This document shows positions 1 through 13,224 of a DNA stretch of 64,000 bases, piece after piece. The number at the start of each line of letters is the position of its first letter. Position 1 is the first letter of the stretch. Origin of the DNA: Callorhinchus milii (Eukaryota). The translations under genes were made by a program, and so were the position numbers. The DNA is taken from contig NW_024704742.1 in the NCBI RefSeq assembly GCF_018977255.1, positions 28,336,001 through 28,400,000 on the forward strand. Reading direction: 5' to 3'. The notes beneath the pieces are model-generated. The model was not told the origin of the DNA, ran no database searches, and worked only from the letters and a program-made list of their open reading frames with translations.

Positions 1-263
1 GGGATAATGAGGGCCTCACCGATGAATGAAGTAAATTGTACCTCGCCATTCTCCCATTGTATTTCCTCTTTTTATCCAATACTGAATCAAACTCAAAATC
101 ATGATCCAATTTTTTTCCTTGTTGAGTATCTGCAACTGAACCAAGATATAGGAATATCAGTGCAAGTGCCTAAGGTATAACTAAGGTGCTTGCAAAAAAG
201 TACTCAAAGTTTTTTTTAAAAAAATACAATACGTTTATGTCGGGAAAACATCACGAAACACAT

Positions 264-765
264 TCACTGTGTTGGATGGACACCTGAGCTGGGGGTGGCG
301 GGAGCCAAGGGGGGGTGGGGAGGAGAAAGATGACCGAAAGCATGGTCAAAGAGACATACCTTGAATGCATGCGGAGTGAGAGAGAGCTGCAGGAACACAG
401 GGATGGAGTTTGACAAAGTAGGGGCAGAATTGCTGGAAGCCAGTGATGGGACGAATAGATCAGGGGATTTGAAGGTGCTTGCAGATCGAAGAATAGGGTC
501 GGAGGAGGTGATAGAGATAGGACGAGGTGAAACCATGGAGTTAATTAAGGGTGAGAATAAGGATCTTGAACTCAATCCATTGGGGGATGGGGACCCAATA
601 GATCTGAGTGAGAATGGGGTGATAGTCAGGACCTGGATAGCCTGTAGCTTGTATGGGGTAGAGCTGGGGAGTTCAGCGAGCAGAGTTAGCATAGTCAAGC
701 CTGGGTGTGATAAAGGTATGGACATGGGTCTCAGTGGCATGAGGGGAGAGGTAGAATGTGAAAAT
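264..765 (-). mobile_element. L2 LINE 3' fragment
   Basis: Minus ORF ...SNSAPTLSNSIP...AFKVCLFDHAFGH resembles the L2 ORF2 C-terminus; homologous to the L2 copies at 13225 and 17315. Confidence 0.8.
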
Positions 766-1595
766 TAGAGCTTAATAACATTGTAATACAAAAAGTAACT
801 TTGCTGCTTACAGAAAAGGAATAAAATGTCACAGCCTTAAACCTTACCTTTTGATATAATTAAGTGGTTTGTACATCTCATGATCTGAAGTAAAAAATCA
901 CCTCGAAAGATAACATGGTAAAGAAGCTAAACACTACTGAATATCAGTGAGTTTCCAGGCAACAGTGCAAAAATGAGGAAATGTCACAGTTTGATCTTAC
1001 AAACAGTAAAAAACCCTGAACTGACCAAACATCCGAGATGCTGCATAATTTACAGCCTGGACTCTCCTGAGGAATCTCCAACCCGCAATGAGCACTGCTT
1101 TCTGCTGAGAAAAACAAGTCTTTTCAAAACTGGTTGGAACTACTAACTTGGAAGTGAGAGGCACAATCCTCATGAGGATAATGATATGCAATAATGTTGA
1201 TGGTTCAATCCCAGTTGTTCAGCAGAAGATTATTGCATAGGAAGAACTGAGGGGTAATTGGGAGCCACGTGCTTGTGATGTTACAAGTGAGATAGTGCTG
1301 CATTGATGATTGTGTACATTCAATGTTCAAATTAACCTGAAGATTCTGGTAGTTTTACACAGAGCACTAGTTCCTAGATTAGACTTTTACAACACGTATG
1401 AATGTTTAGAGAGGATCAAGTCATGACCATTGAAATGGAACTAGACCCATTCTTTTTTTTTAAACTATGGGACATCTTGTGGATCTGCATCTGTAGCATT
1501 TAAGCGTGTTAAGTCTAAGTAGGTACAGGGATTAAATAAATGTTATATTATGTAGAGGCTTCTGTAGTATTACACAGTATTCATAGAATGTTCAG

Positions 1596-1770
1596 CAACA
1601 AGTTGTATTTATATAGCAACCTTCATATGGCGTAATGTCTCGAAGCGCTTATCAGTGACATTTCAAGAGGGCTTAAGGAAGATATTCCCAACAATATTCC
1701 CACAGCAGCCAATTGTGCATGGCAGTGTCCCACAGGCAGTCACGGATTGAGTGACCAAATTACTTGTTGT
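1596..1770 (-). mobile_element. SINE 3' fragments (tail and Deu core)
   Basis: acaagttgtatttatatagc...gaagcgctt tail and gcagccaattgtgcatggcagtgtcccac core, reverse complement of the family. Confidence 0.7.
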
Positions 1771-1811
1771 ATTTTCCCCGACGACACCCGCACGCTCCCT
1801 CTCCAAAATGT

Positions 1812-2165
1812 TAGGACCTGGGTTAAATTCCCAGGCAGGGTGAAACGTTAGGCAAGTTTCCTTACTCCACATGCCTCTGTTTGCCTAGCAGTAAATAGGA
1901 ACCCGGTTGTTAATAGATTGGTGGATCACTTTTCCTGGGGGTAATAATCCCTTCAAAAATAAATAAATAAACAAAAATAATAAAAATGTGGTCACTCAAT
2001 CCATGACTGTTTGTGGGACACTGCTGTGCACAATTGGCTGCTGCTTTATGCCCACAAAATATAAAGTCAATTCACTTTACAGTATATTCTGTGAAGCGCT
2101 TTGAGATGCCTCGAAGACGTGATAAGGCACTATACCAAATGCAAGGATTGTTATTACGATTATTT
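1812..2165 (+). mobile_element. tRNA-derived SINE, long subfamily, slightly 5'-truncated
   Basis: ggcaagtttccttactccac, cctctgtttgcctagcagtaaataggaacc segment, Deu core tgtttgtgggacactgctgtgcacaattggctgc, tail caaatgcaaggattgttatt. Confidence 0.9.
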
Positions 2166-2304
2166 ATGTTACATTAATCAAGCAAATATAGACTCAGGTG
2201 GAATCTCTGCTCGACAAACTCATATACCTGTAAACCTTATATCCACCATCTCTAATTATAGGAATTACAACATACTTTTTATGGAAGTGGCATTAAACCA
2301 AGCT

Positions 2305-2585
2305 TCTGCCTGCCTGGTCAGGTGGCCATTAAAGTTCCCATGGCATTAATCAAACAGAGAAAGGAGTTTTTCTTGGTGTCCTGGTCGACATTCCTGAAAA
2401 AAAATAATCCAGAAAATTAGTCATTCACCTCATGGCTGTTTGTGGGATGTTGCTGTGCGCAAGTTGGATGCAGTGTTTGTCCAGTAATACTTGGTCACTA
2501 CATTTCACAGTAAAATCCTGTGAAGCAATTTGAGACTCAATGATGTGGTAAGGCACAAGGAATAAGATCAGATACATGCAAAGAA
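2305..2585 (+). mobile_element. Old Deu-domain SINE (SacSINE1-like) fragment
   Basis: caggtggccattaaagttcccatggca...ggtgtcctgg...gctgtttgtgggatgttgctgtgcgcaagttgg. Confidence 0.7.
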
Positions 2586-2617
2586 TTATACACAGTATAC
2601 CTAGCAACTACGCCATC

Positions 2618-2636
2618 ATATATATATATATATATA
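2618..2636. repeat. (TA)n microsatellite
   Basis: Direct reading. Confidence 0.9.
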
Positions 2637-5600
2637 GTAATGCCTAGTAACTATACAATTGCTTGGGTTATCAGTGTTATCCCATCCCTTCTTGGGTCTA
2701 CATATTAAAGGTAATCTCTTGGTTCAATCCCTTCTTAAGGGGTTACCTGGTTTATATACAATATCTTAATAAAAATGTTATTTTTTTATTTAAAAAAATT
2801 GTAATCCCTGAGACAATAATCTAAGCAAACAACATTTTTCTGAAACCTTTCAAAGCTTTATTTTAAAAATAATCTAATAGCTTTAATTGTTTTTATTTTT
2901 TAATAACTTGAACATAAGACTTTGCCTTATGGATGTGAACAGATTCACTTTGATTGGTCTCTACTGATTCTTTTCCAGTTTTATTGGATTTTAACTGCAC
3001 AAAAGTGTAGTCTAAGGCACTGCTGAAATAATGATGAACAGTCACAAGTACATTAACAAATGAAAAGCTTATAGCACATTCTTCACCTAGTTTGTGTTTT
3101 TTTAAAGTCTGCAGAGCAAAGATAACAAAGTGCAACAATGGTATACAAATACCAAGCACAATATAACACACAAAAAATTCTCATCATTTTACTGTACGTG
3201 GTTTGCATTGCAAGAGACCAGAGGGCATTGTTTGCTAATTTCCTGATGGCAGTCATCAATAAAAATTAGTCTTAATGTAGTTCAAGGCTGCGGTCGTTTT
3301 GTAGAGGAAACTATGTAAAGGGATCTGGGGAGAGTCTAATATAAACTGATTATGATTTTACTATACAACTCATTAAAATCATAAATAGACGTAAATTTCA
3401 TGCCAAATTAAATAAATTGTTCGCTTTCATTTTATGAAAGGTTCATTAAAAATACACGTAGCTATTAGCGAGAAAGAAGGGTGTATGTCTCTGGAAATTA
3501 TGCACATAATACACTAACTTCCGTAGAGAGGCTATTTACACTGCTGGAAACCATGTGAAATTGCTTACAGCAGTAAAGAGATTTGAAGCTGGGACTACTA
3601 TTTATATTTCCCGCTTTAAAATTGCATTTACCTTAGACTGAGGATAGCATGTGCAAATAAGAACCTGCTCAGAGCTCCACTAAGCATTGCAGAAACATGG
3701 TTAGTTTCATCTTATTGTTACTAAAGAACCATTAAAAAGACTATCATAAAACTGATTTTTTATTAACATTAACAACAGTTTGCACTCAGAGCAGAATCCC
3801 ATTATAATGCGCTTCATTATAACAGCGGTTAGCTCTTAGCATTGGATCCAACATCTATTTACGTTTTCCAAAACTGTGTGCCAGCTCCATTGGTGCTTAA
3901 AAAGGTTGCCCATTTCACAGGAAATGGCAAAAATGGCAACAATTTGATAACCCCGAAGCCATCTGTTTTGGCTTCCCGCTCTCTGCTGGTGTTTTTGAGT
4001 ACCAATGGAGCCCACCATCTTTCTGCAGGAACTCTCAATGAATTGCGAAGTGTCGGTCATTGATCTCACTATATTGTAGAACTGGTTGGAATTGTATAGA
4101 CACAAAGTACCATGTTATAGCAGGGCCCTGATGAATATAATAGTTTGAACAAAGGATGAACATCTTGAAGTGCATCAGAGAGAGACAATAGGGAACGCCC
4201 TTCTTAAACACTATTTGGCAGACAAACGTGCTATTGAAAAGCTGAAGAAGTCTTGAGTGGAAACCAAATCAATTCAGACCACTTGCACCATTCCAACAGC
4301 GATGCAAATTGATTTCCTGACAAAACCAGCTCCTCAAGGTGGCCCCCAATGCATTTTGCTTCAGAGATGTCAAGCCACGAACAGGATTTCTATTGCATTT
4401 TTAGCAATGATTTAACACTACCCTATTTTCATCTTGGAAACGCTTGTGAAAAAAAGTAAATAGAGCATTGGACTACGTTCAAAGTTCAAAGGAATCAAAA
4501 TATATCTAATATACTGAATAGCAGTTTGGAAATGCATTATGCACTACCATTTTTATTCCTGGTTATTGATTGTTAGGACTGGCTGCAATTAGCCCACAGT
4601 TGTTAATCCTGCCTTGTGGCTTGTTATCGAGCAGAAATTGTAACCATTCACTGGCTGTCACCATTTGCAGCAATATGAGTCACCTGGAGAAACAAATGAG
4701 TATAGAACTAAAACCACTCCAATATTCCTCAACGTATACATCATACAATACACATTATTGTGCTGTATCTTTCACGTCGGGAGAATGTCTTAAAGCACTT
4801 GACACTGTTGTCTAGGCACCCAAGCCGAGGGTAGGAACCGAATGGGATGAGAAAGGGATATAATAAAATATAATAGTTAGTCAAAAACAATGTTGTTCAG
4901 AGTTCACCTACAAATACACAGTCACTTCACTTTTGAGTAAATTCTGTGGAATACTTTGAGATACGATGATGATGATGTTGGGAGCTGCTGTATAAAATAT
5001 GAGAATGGTTAATTATTTTTTGTAAAAAGGCATGATCAAGACAAGATGGTTAATGTAGAAGTGAGTCTTATAATTACAAACATGTCCTACTGGACTGTCC
5101 TTCATGCAATAAGACAAGATTGGGGTTTTACCTATGGAAATGAGAAGCTTTTCATGTTCCCCACTAGGAGCTAGTAATGGTTCTGAGTGAATGATTCTGA
5201 GTAATGGTAACAATCTGGAACTCTATTCCCCACCTTTTCTGAAGCAACAGTTTGTGGAGTTTACCAGACACATTGTGTGAAGGCTGCCAGAATTGTCATT
5301 TTGAAACCTTTTTCCTTTTCTGAATTATGCGCTTTTACAGTAAACCATTCAGGTACGCTGTGTTAATGGAACTGTGATCACATGGTTTTCATGCTGTGAA
5401 CCAAATGCCTGTATTTTTTACAACAAAATGTTCAAATCAGATTGTGCAGTCTGAGTGAGTGTGGTGTATGTGTATTCTCCATGTAACTGTCTTTCAGTCT
5501 TGGTTTATTTCTATAACACACTCTGTATGTGAATCCTCTCCGAATCTATATTATATGGTTAAACATACAATGATCATTAAAATAACAATATTTTCTGCGA

Positions 5601-7426
5601 AGCCTTTATAACAGAAAATCACATTATGAAGAGTTAGTGAAAGATTGCTATTTTTAGCAATCAGGGAATACTATACTCCCATTTTATTCTGGGACAATAC
5701 AGGGGAAGACTACTATTGGTATTAAATCTGGCCATCACTGTCAGAGAACTCCAAAGTAAAAAAAAATCAGCACAAAATAAAATGCAGATGATTAATGCGT
5801 TGATACAGATCTGTGATAATGAACCTCTAAGATTCTTCTGAATGCAGTTACAATATGGTATTTTTCTCCTGCCAGTTAGAAAGTGGATCACCACATAGCA
5901 CCCAGATAAGGTTCACAAAACAATGTTTCCAGAATGAAAAGTGTTAGAACTCTCGTATATAAAAATATTACAGTGGGATTTTAATGAAAATATTTTGCAT
6001 TCCTGCTTTGTTGATCTCGAATTAACATTTGATTAATTCAGATTAAAGGATACAATATTCTATTTGTTGTTTAGACATAAACACCTTTTGGTGATCTGTG
6101 ACTGAAATGGGCAATTCAATTAGTGGTCGCCATTGCCAGAGGCAATACATGCATTTTTACCTAACATTTTTACCCAAGTGGATTGAGACGATTCAGAGCT
6201 GCATGTCAAAAACAACAGACCGTTCCCAAAGTGAGGAGGGATTCCTTAGTTCTCCAGGAATGCAATCAAACAATGCAAGTTGTCGATGACATTGCCGTCA
6301 ATGTTGTCATTGTTGTTGTCAGATCAGTGAGTATGTATTCCAACTTGATGGGGTTGAATGATCTGTCCACATTCCATGCTTTGTGATGATCCATGGGCTG
6401 AAATGCTATGTATGTTACGTCTACCCTTCGGCAATGTCAGCCTCTAATGGGATGATCCCCACTATAATCATGTACCGCCAAAGGCACTCTGTGTGATGCC
6501 AACTGGAATTTCAGGCTGCTTATAATGCAGGAATTTCATTGATTTGACTTGAAAATTATGTTGACTCGTTCACACCTGAATTTTCAGCATAATTCTGTCT
6601 GCAAATTGCATTGATTTCACACCAGTTACAGTGTGATTGTAACCAGGTCAACGTGACATCCTAACATTAAAATTAAAGTTGTTTAAAAGATGTTAGGTAG
6701 TCCATTGTACTTCTTAACAGTAGTAAATGGTCCATAAAACAATGTGCTCTGCCTTTTTGGGGAGGTTAACTATGTATCCAATAGATGAAGGCAATTTTGA
6801 TTCAAACTCGAGAGTGTAAAATTACAATCTGATTTTGTCAGAACCTTTGAATTTGACCTGAAGTACTTTGAAGGGCAGCTCAGTCATTGTGATTGTTTTC
6901 ATGGAAATGTGGTGCTGGATGCTTTCTGTATTCTGGGAATGAGCTGTTGGAATGTCAGCTACAAGAAGTATTGCAATTCTTTCATATTTGTTGTTTTTCA
7001 TTTTGATAGGGGTAGATTGAGAGGTTGCACTTTGAGTTAAGGAATGCAATAGTAAAGAGACAAGGAATAAGGTTAGAATTTACATACCTTTCATAGGATT
7101 GTTGGCAATGCAACACTTCTTTCTCACTGAACTGTGGTAGGTCAACAAAGACAATTCATATCATAATGGCTTGTGTCTTTGTTATTTTAAAATTTTGCTT
7201 TAATTGCAAAAGGAAATCCTTTTGTTCTTGTTTCTCTCATGTTCAAGACTTGCATTCAGAAGAAAGCAGCTAATAGAAAAATAAATATTTGGGGGAGGGA
7301 GGGAAAAAAAATAATGTTTTTTTTAAGTCAGTAGATTTTTAAAACTCCTTCCTTCTGGGTCTTGCATTCATTGAGCATTTTGAGGATTTCCCCCCCTTAA
7401 ATGGTTGTTAAATTAATTACTGTTGT

Positions 7427-7814
7427 TAATAATAATAAAAATAATAATCCTTGCATTTGATATAGCGCTTTTCACGTCTTCTAGATGTCTCAAAGTGCTT
7501 CACAGAATAGACTGTAAAGTGAATTGTCTGTATATTTGTAGGCAAAATGCAACAGCCAATTGCACACAGCAGTGTCCCACAAACAGTCATGGGTTGAGTG
7601 ACCAATTTATTATTTTTTAAAGAAATTATTACCCCTGGAAAAGTGATCCACCAATCAACCGTGACCAATTTATTATCTTATTTTTATTTTCTTGAGGGAT
7701 TATTATCAGCATGTGGAGTAAGGAAACTTGCTCAAGATTTTGCCCTGTTGGGAATCAAACTCAGGTCTCTCGCTAGCAAGGTGAGTCCTCTAACTACTGA
7801 GCTACGGGACTCCA
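7427..7814 (-). mobile_element. tRNA-derived SINE, short/long mosaic copy
   Basis: Head (rc ctactgagctacgggactcca) to (AAT)n tail; gtgaccaatttattat occurs twice (7598, 7660). Confidence 0.9.
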
Positions 7815-7894
7815 ATTCATTTCCCTATTCCTTCCTCAAAGTTGGTTAAACTCTGTTGCTTTTATTTTATCATTTTGAACTACAGAATCTCTTC

Positions 7895-8046
7895 AGAGCT
7901 GTATAGCTGAGCAAATTGTACAATGTATGTTCACACAGATGAAACCAGGGATGATGGGGCTGTGGTTCTAAGGATAGATCTGAAAAATGTGAGCTGTTTT
8001 CTTTTGGTAGAATAGAGAAGGTTAAGATGAAATCTAATGGAAGTTC
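7895..8046 (+). mobile_element. Old CR1 LINE fragment
   Basis: gttcacacagatgaaaccagggatg...gagaaggttaagatgaaatctaatggaag resembles CR1 ORF2 (FTRMIPGM...RRLRGDLIEV). Confidence 0.65.
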
Positions 8047-8184
8047 CCAGCTGCACTTCTAATATCACTGGAAGTGAAATGAGTGGCATTGCCTTTGCAG
8101 GAATTGACATCTATAGTGACCTTATGGCTCAGAAGTCAGCCATTTTTGTTCTTGAAAAAGCTTGCTAAAAATAAATCAACTCAA

Positions 8185-8500
8185 GGTTTCAGCTTGATTC
8201 GGTTGGTACCACTATCATCTTAGCGTCAGAAGGTTGTGGGTTCACACAACAGGTCAGCATTTTGAACTCATAGCCGAGGCGAGCACTCCAGTGCAGTGCT
8301 GGGAGAGCGTTGCATTGTTGAAGATTGTTTGGATGAGACATTAAACTGAGGTCCCATCTGCCTGTAAGGGTGGTTGTTAAAGATCTCATGTCACTATTCA
8401 AAAATAAAGGGAGCAGAGAAAGTGGGGACTGGCCAACAATCCTCTCGATAAAAAAGGATTATTTACTTCATGACAGTTTGTAGTTTGTTGCTGTGTGTCA
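8185..8500 (+). mobile_element. SacSINE1-like Deu-SINE
   Basis: gtcagaaggttgtgggttc head; cactccagtgcagtgctggg; ggatgagacattaaactgaggtcccatctgcc. Confidence 0.75.
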
Positions 8501-8549
8501 GCAACTCCACTGGAGCTAACCACTCCAATTCATTTCCCTACTCCTTCCT

Positions 8550-9480
8550 CATTCATAATATTCCTCTTCAAAAACTTAAATTGAATTCGTCATTGTTATG
8601 ATTTCAGCCTCAATAGCCATATTGTTTTAGAGAAAGTATTTCTATTCTAACAACCCAATCTAAGTAAAAGCTTTCTTTCTAATCTTTCACCTGAACTCTT
8701 CCAGTGACAATCAGGAATGTATGTCCCTTGTTATCAATTCACCAAGCTGCTGGACTAATCTTTCACATTTATCCTCTCAAAACCAACGAAAATTTTAAAG
8801 ACCTCCATTAGAATCCCTCTTATCCTTCTCTGTTTTTGTGAGAAAAGAACACCTCAACTATTTCAGATCTATCCTTAGAACCACAGCCCTCATCCCTGGT
8901 GTAGCTCATGATTAAAGCATTCACCTTGCAAGCAAGTCCTGGAGCTCAGCGGTTAAAACACTCACCTCACAAGTGAGAGACCTGGGTTCAATTCCCAGCA
9001 GGGTGAAATGTTGAGCAAGTTTCCTTACTCCACGTGCCTCTGTTTACCTAGCAGTAAGTAGGAACCTGGTTGTTAGTCGATTGGTAGATCGCTTTTCCGG
9101 GATAATAATTCCTTTCTAAAAAATAATAATAGTAAATTGGTCACTCAATCCACAACTGTTTGTGAGACACTGCTGTGCACAATTGACTGCCCCATTTTGC
9201 CCACAAAATATACAGTCAATTCACTTTACACTATATTCTGTGAAGTGCTTTGAGACGTCTCGAAGACGTGATAAGGCGCTATATCAAATGCAAGGATTAT
9301 TATTATTATTATCATCTCTGTGAACATATGCTGTACCCTTTCCTCAGCTCTGATATCGTGTCTATAATGATGTGTCCAGAACTCTAAGCAGTCATCCAAC
9401 TGCAGCCTATCATGTATTTTATAAATTTAATACACTTTCTTATTTTGTATTCAATGTCTTTTTCTACAAATGCCTTATTT
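8550..9480 (-). mobile_element. Old CR1 LINE, interrupted by the SINE at 8901-9313
   Basis: Reverse complement of CR1 3' ORF2; sequence is continuous across the SINE (catccctggt|atcatctctgtgaac). Confidence 0.65.
8901..9313 (+). mobile_element. tRNA-derived SINE, long subfamily, with duplicated head
   Basis: Partial head gtagctcatgattaaagcattcaccttgcaagc, then a complete element ending caaatgcaagg(att)n. Confidence 0.92.
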
Positions 9481-9962
9481 ATGTTCTGCTCTTCCATCTT
9501 TAATAACCTAAACATGGCATTATTAAGATTTTTGCCATTTGGGATATATTTTCTTTTTCTTTGTTTTTCCCATATTTACAGATAAAAATACAGGCAACCT
9601 TAATTGTGCAAGTGACAGTCAATGAAACAGATTTATAAATTGTGTGTTAAAATCACTTGATTGTTATTTACAAAATCAAGAAACTGTGGTTTTCTCTCTG
9701 TACACATGGCTTTACAAATAGTCTACAATATAGTCCGTAACGCATATGCATTTACACATGATTTACATGGTGTATTATAGACTCTCATAAAACATTTACA
9801 GCATGTGAAACTATTCACCCCATTGAGTGCTGTGCTAGATATGGATGATAATACTTAAGTAAAAGACATCTTAAGTGAAAGATGTAATGCATTGTCACCA
9901 ACCATATGAAAATTAAGTTTATTCTAACCGTATTCCTTTTTTATCTTTCATGATTCCCGCAA

Positions 9963-10305
9963 TCTCCAGTGCTGTGCTGGGAATGTTCTGCATTGTCATG
10001 GGTACCATCCTTTGAATGAGACATTAAAACAAAGTCATGTTTGCCTCTTCAGGTGCACAATAAAGATCCCTTTTGTAATATTCATAAAGAGAAGGGAGCT
10101 TCTCACGGTGTCCTGGACAACAGTCTCCCATTTAAAATTGGCTATTGACTTCAGTGCTGTTCATGGGACATTTCTGCTCACAAATTAGCTGTCAGGTTCA
10201 CCTACTGTGTAAAATACAGTCACTGTACTCTACAGCAATGTTTGCAAAGTGCTTTCAGAAGTTTCAATGGGGTGATAACCTGCTATATGAAATGCAAGTT
10301 ATATT
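9963..10305 (+). mobile_element. Old SacSINE1-like Deu-SINE
   Basis: ctccagtgctgtgctggg...tgagacattaaaac...ggtgtcctggacaac...tail gctatatgaaatgcaag. Confidence 0.7.
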
Positions 10306-10901
10306 AGTATTATTAATAAATCTAAATTGTGCGCTCACAATGGTGATGGATTCCTTTTAAATACATTGCAAATAACCTTTTGATCAATTCAAGTCTGTCA
10401 TCTTAAAATCAAGAATACTGCAGAAGATTGGATCTGACGGGTGGCTTTACATGTAAGATAGGGCAAGGCTCATTAACCAACGGTCTGTCTGGAACGTACA
10501 AATACTTTCATCAAAGTTCTATTTTTTAAAAAATAAATAATAGATCATAGCACAATTTTACATTCAGAAATAATTCTCGCAAGTTTGAAACTACTTTTCA
10601 ATGTGCATCGCAGAAACTTAGAAGAGTCTGTGATCAATCATTTTAAGCTTACGTAGAAGCCTGGTTTCAGCGCTTTTATTCTGTTTTATTTTTTGGTCAG
10701 CGGAATGTTTGAGGCATGCAGAAATACATCAACCACGCTTCAGTGTAACCAATCTAGAGTTCCGCATATGTATGCCACCTACACATGGAAATGTACCTGT
10801 GTATCCAATCAATGGAGTCAAGTTTGCCGTGTTTCAAACAGATTCATTGTGTTCATTAACACAAGTGACTCGTAATGAAATGCCACAAAATGTAGCATTT
10901 T

Positions 10902-10956
10902 GCTCTGGGATGCTATGCTGCGTGAGGGGCGCTATGTAAATGCAGGTTGTTGTTGT
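10902..10956 (+). mobile_element. Solo L2-type 3' tail (~55 bp)
   Basis: gctctgggatgctatgctgcgtgaggggcgctatgtaaatgcaggttgttgttgt; siblings at 15974, 16721, 31725, 54127. Confidence 0.75.
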
Positions 10957-12213
10957 AGGGCATTGTGTTGCATCGGGATTGAAACTGAACTGGAAATTCC
11001 CAATGGTTAATTCTTTTTCTTTTTCTTACAAATAAATCTAGTAAAATTGTCCTCAATAAAATTGACAAACTCTCCAGCAAAGCTATCATTTTTTAAACAG
11101 TGCAGAGATTCCTTGTGGTCAGTTCACGAATATTTCTTGATGAGCCTATGACAGGGATGTCACAATCATTTGCCCTCTTCTGTGATCAGTGTGGCCTGGT
11201 GAGACTGAGAAAATGGGAAGATATGCTGAATCCAAAGAGGGGAACATACTTGGTAGGTAAATAGACAAGGTCATTTGAACCCCTTTATAATTAGATTAGT
11301 GCTTGTAATTACTCCCATTTATCCATTATTGTCTGCATCTAGTGGAAGATCTATTGTTTGCATATTGTCCACACTTTAGTCAAAATTTATTAGTAACTTC
11401 AGTCGATTCATCGTTACTTTCAAATAAGCAAAGGTTCATGGTTATTAAGTGGTGAGCTCTGTGATATGTTCATGGAAACTCAGTATGTGGAAAAAAACAA
11501 CATAATCCCACATGAGCAATAATGTGACAAAGGAATGCTGAATCCTCAAAGTAAAATTTTTATGTTAGTGATTATTATACTGACAACTTAATGTGCCACA
11601 ATGCCTTAATGGTGTCACCCGAATGTGTCCATTAGCATGGAAGGTTGAATTAGGTGTTAACCACTCACTTTTTTACAATCTATAACCTCAAATAAAGTGT
11701 AAATCAGTCTTTCCATTTCTCCTGACTGCAAGTGCAAATTGTCTCAAGGCATCGGATTCCCTTCACTCGCATTCATTGCTGCACAAGAAGGATAGGGCTG
11801 TGATATTCTATGCCAACTGATCCTTTTCAGTTGATTAATCAGAAAGTCCCATTGGAACATGTTGATGCTGGAATTAGCATTAGAACCAGTACTGACAATA
11901 TGGTATCGTGGGTTGAAACTATCCAGTAAGGACAGTGTCTATGCCAGTGGTAGTTATCATCAAATGTCGGAACAGAAGAGTGCAGAGACTGCAAATACTG
12001 AAAGGAAATTAGTTTTCCCAACTCTAAGAAGAAAGTTATCTTTTGATCATCTCATGGAAAATATAATGGCCTCCCACACAATGAATACACATGCTCAAGT
12101 CATGTGCCGCTTACATTTTCATTTGGTTTTACTATACACTGTATATGAAGTTAAGCACATACACTCTAATTTAATTAAGCAGACACAGGAAGCTGACATC
12201 TTGGGTAATCTGC

Positions 12214-12529
12214 ATAATAATAATAATAATCCTTGCATTTGATATAGCGCTTTTCAAGTCTTCTCGACGTCTCAAAGCACTTCACAGAATAGACTGTAAA
12301 GTGAATTGACTCTATATTTGTGGGCGAAACTCGGCAGCCAATTGCGCACAGCAGTGTCCCACAAATAGTCGTGGATTGAAAATGACCAATTTATTATTGT
12401 TTCGTTTTGGAGGGATTATTATTAGGTGTGTGGAGTAAGGAAACTTGCTCAAGGTTTCACCCTGCCTGGAATTGAACCCAGGTGTCTCGCTTGCAAGGCG
12501 AATACTCTAACTGAGTTACAGGACTCCAC
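12214..12529 (-). mobile_element. tRNA-derived SINE, short subfamily, full length
   Basis: rc head ggactccac at 12521-12529; (AAT)n tail; lacks the long-form middle segment. Confidence 0.92.
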
Positions 12530-13224
12530 ATATGCAGTGAAAGGAATATTATAGGAAGCCTCATTGAAACTTTAGTTAAGGTTACCCAGTTTAGAACAAG
12601 AACAGCCAGTTTATAAGCACAGATTGGGTTCCAGGGAATTGTAGAACCCTGACTTTTATTTTCAAGTTCTCACTTATTAAAACACACAGTAAAATAGCGA
12701 AACGTCTGTTTCTGTCTATATGGCAAAAACATTGTAAAGCAATAGAATCCAGAAAGTTCAACAAATCACTGGAAATGATGCTCAAGAAAAGAAAATTCAT
12801 CCATCTCATAAGGATTTGTCTATATTTGCGTAGACCTGGGAACATGGATTTTATTAACGAATGAGCATGTGGGGTACCCTGCAGCTCTCACATTGCTAGC
12901 CTTCCAGAAGCTGAGTTCTGTGTTACACAATTCCTCCTGCACACGTCAATCTTACAGCCAAAACACTCAGAACATTGAAGATAACTGTTCAGACAGTTTG
13001 ATGGGGGTAATTATAGCCTTTGTAATAGACAGCTATATTGCATTCACCCCCATCCCATGGCACAGGTGCCATTTTCAGAAAAGACAACACGTTCTATGAA
13101 GTCTAATCGCTTGGCTGTATAGCATGTCAAATGTTACTACAGAGTATATAGAATAATAGTAATGCCAATTAACAATTGAAAGTACCAACCGCCATCACTT
13201 GGTCTCCACAAATGTTTTTTCCTC

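Noticed and set aside
3787..4133. Possible pogo/Tigger-like MITE
   Set aside because: Putative terminal inverted repeats are too degenerate to support by eye.
11859..12242. 127-aa ORF
   Set aside because: No recognisable homology or splice support; ends in a SINE tail.
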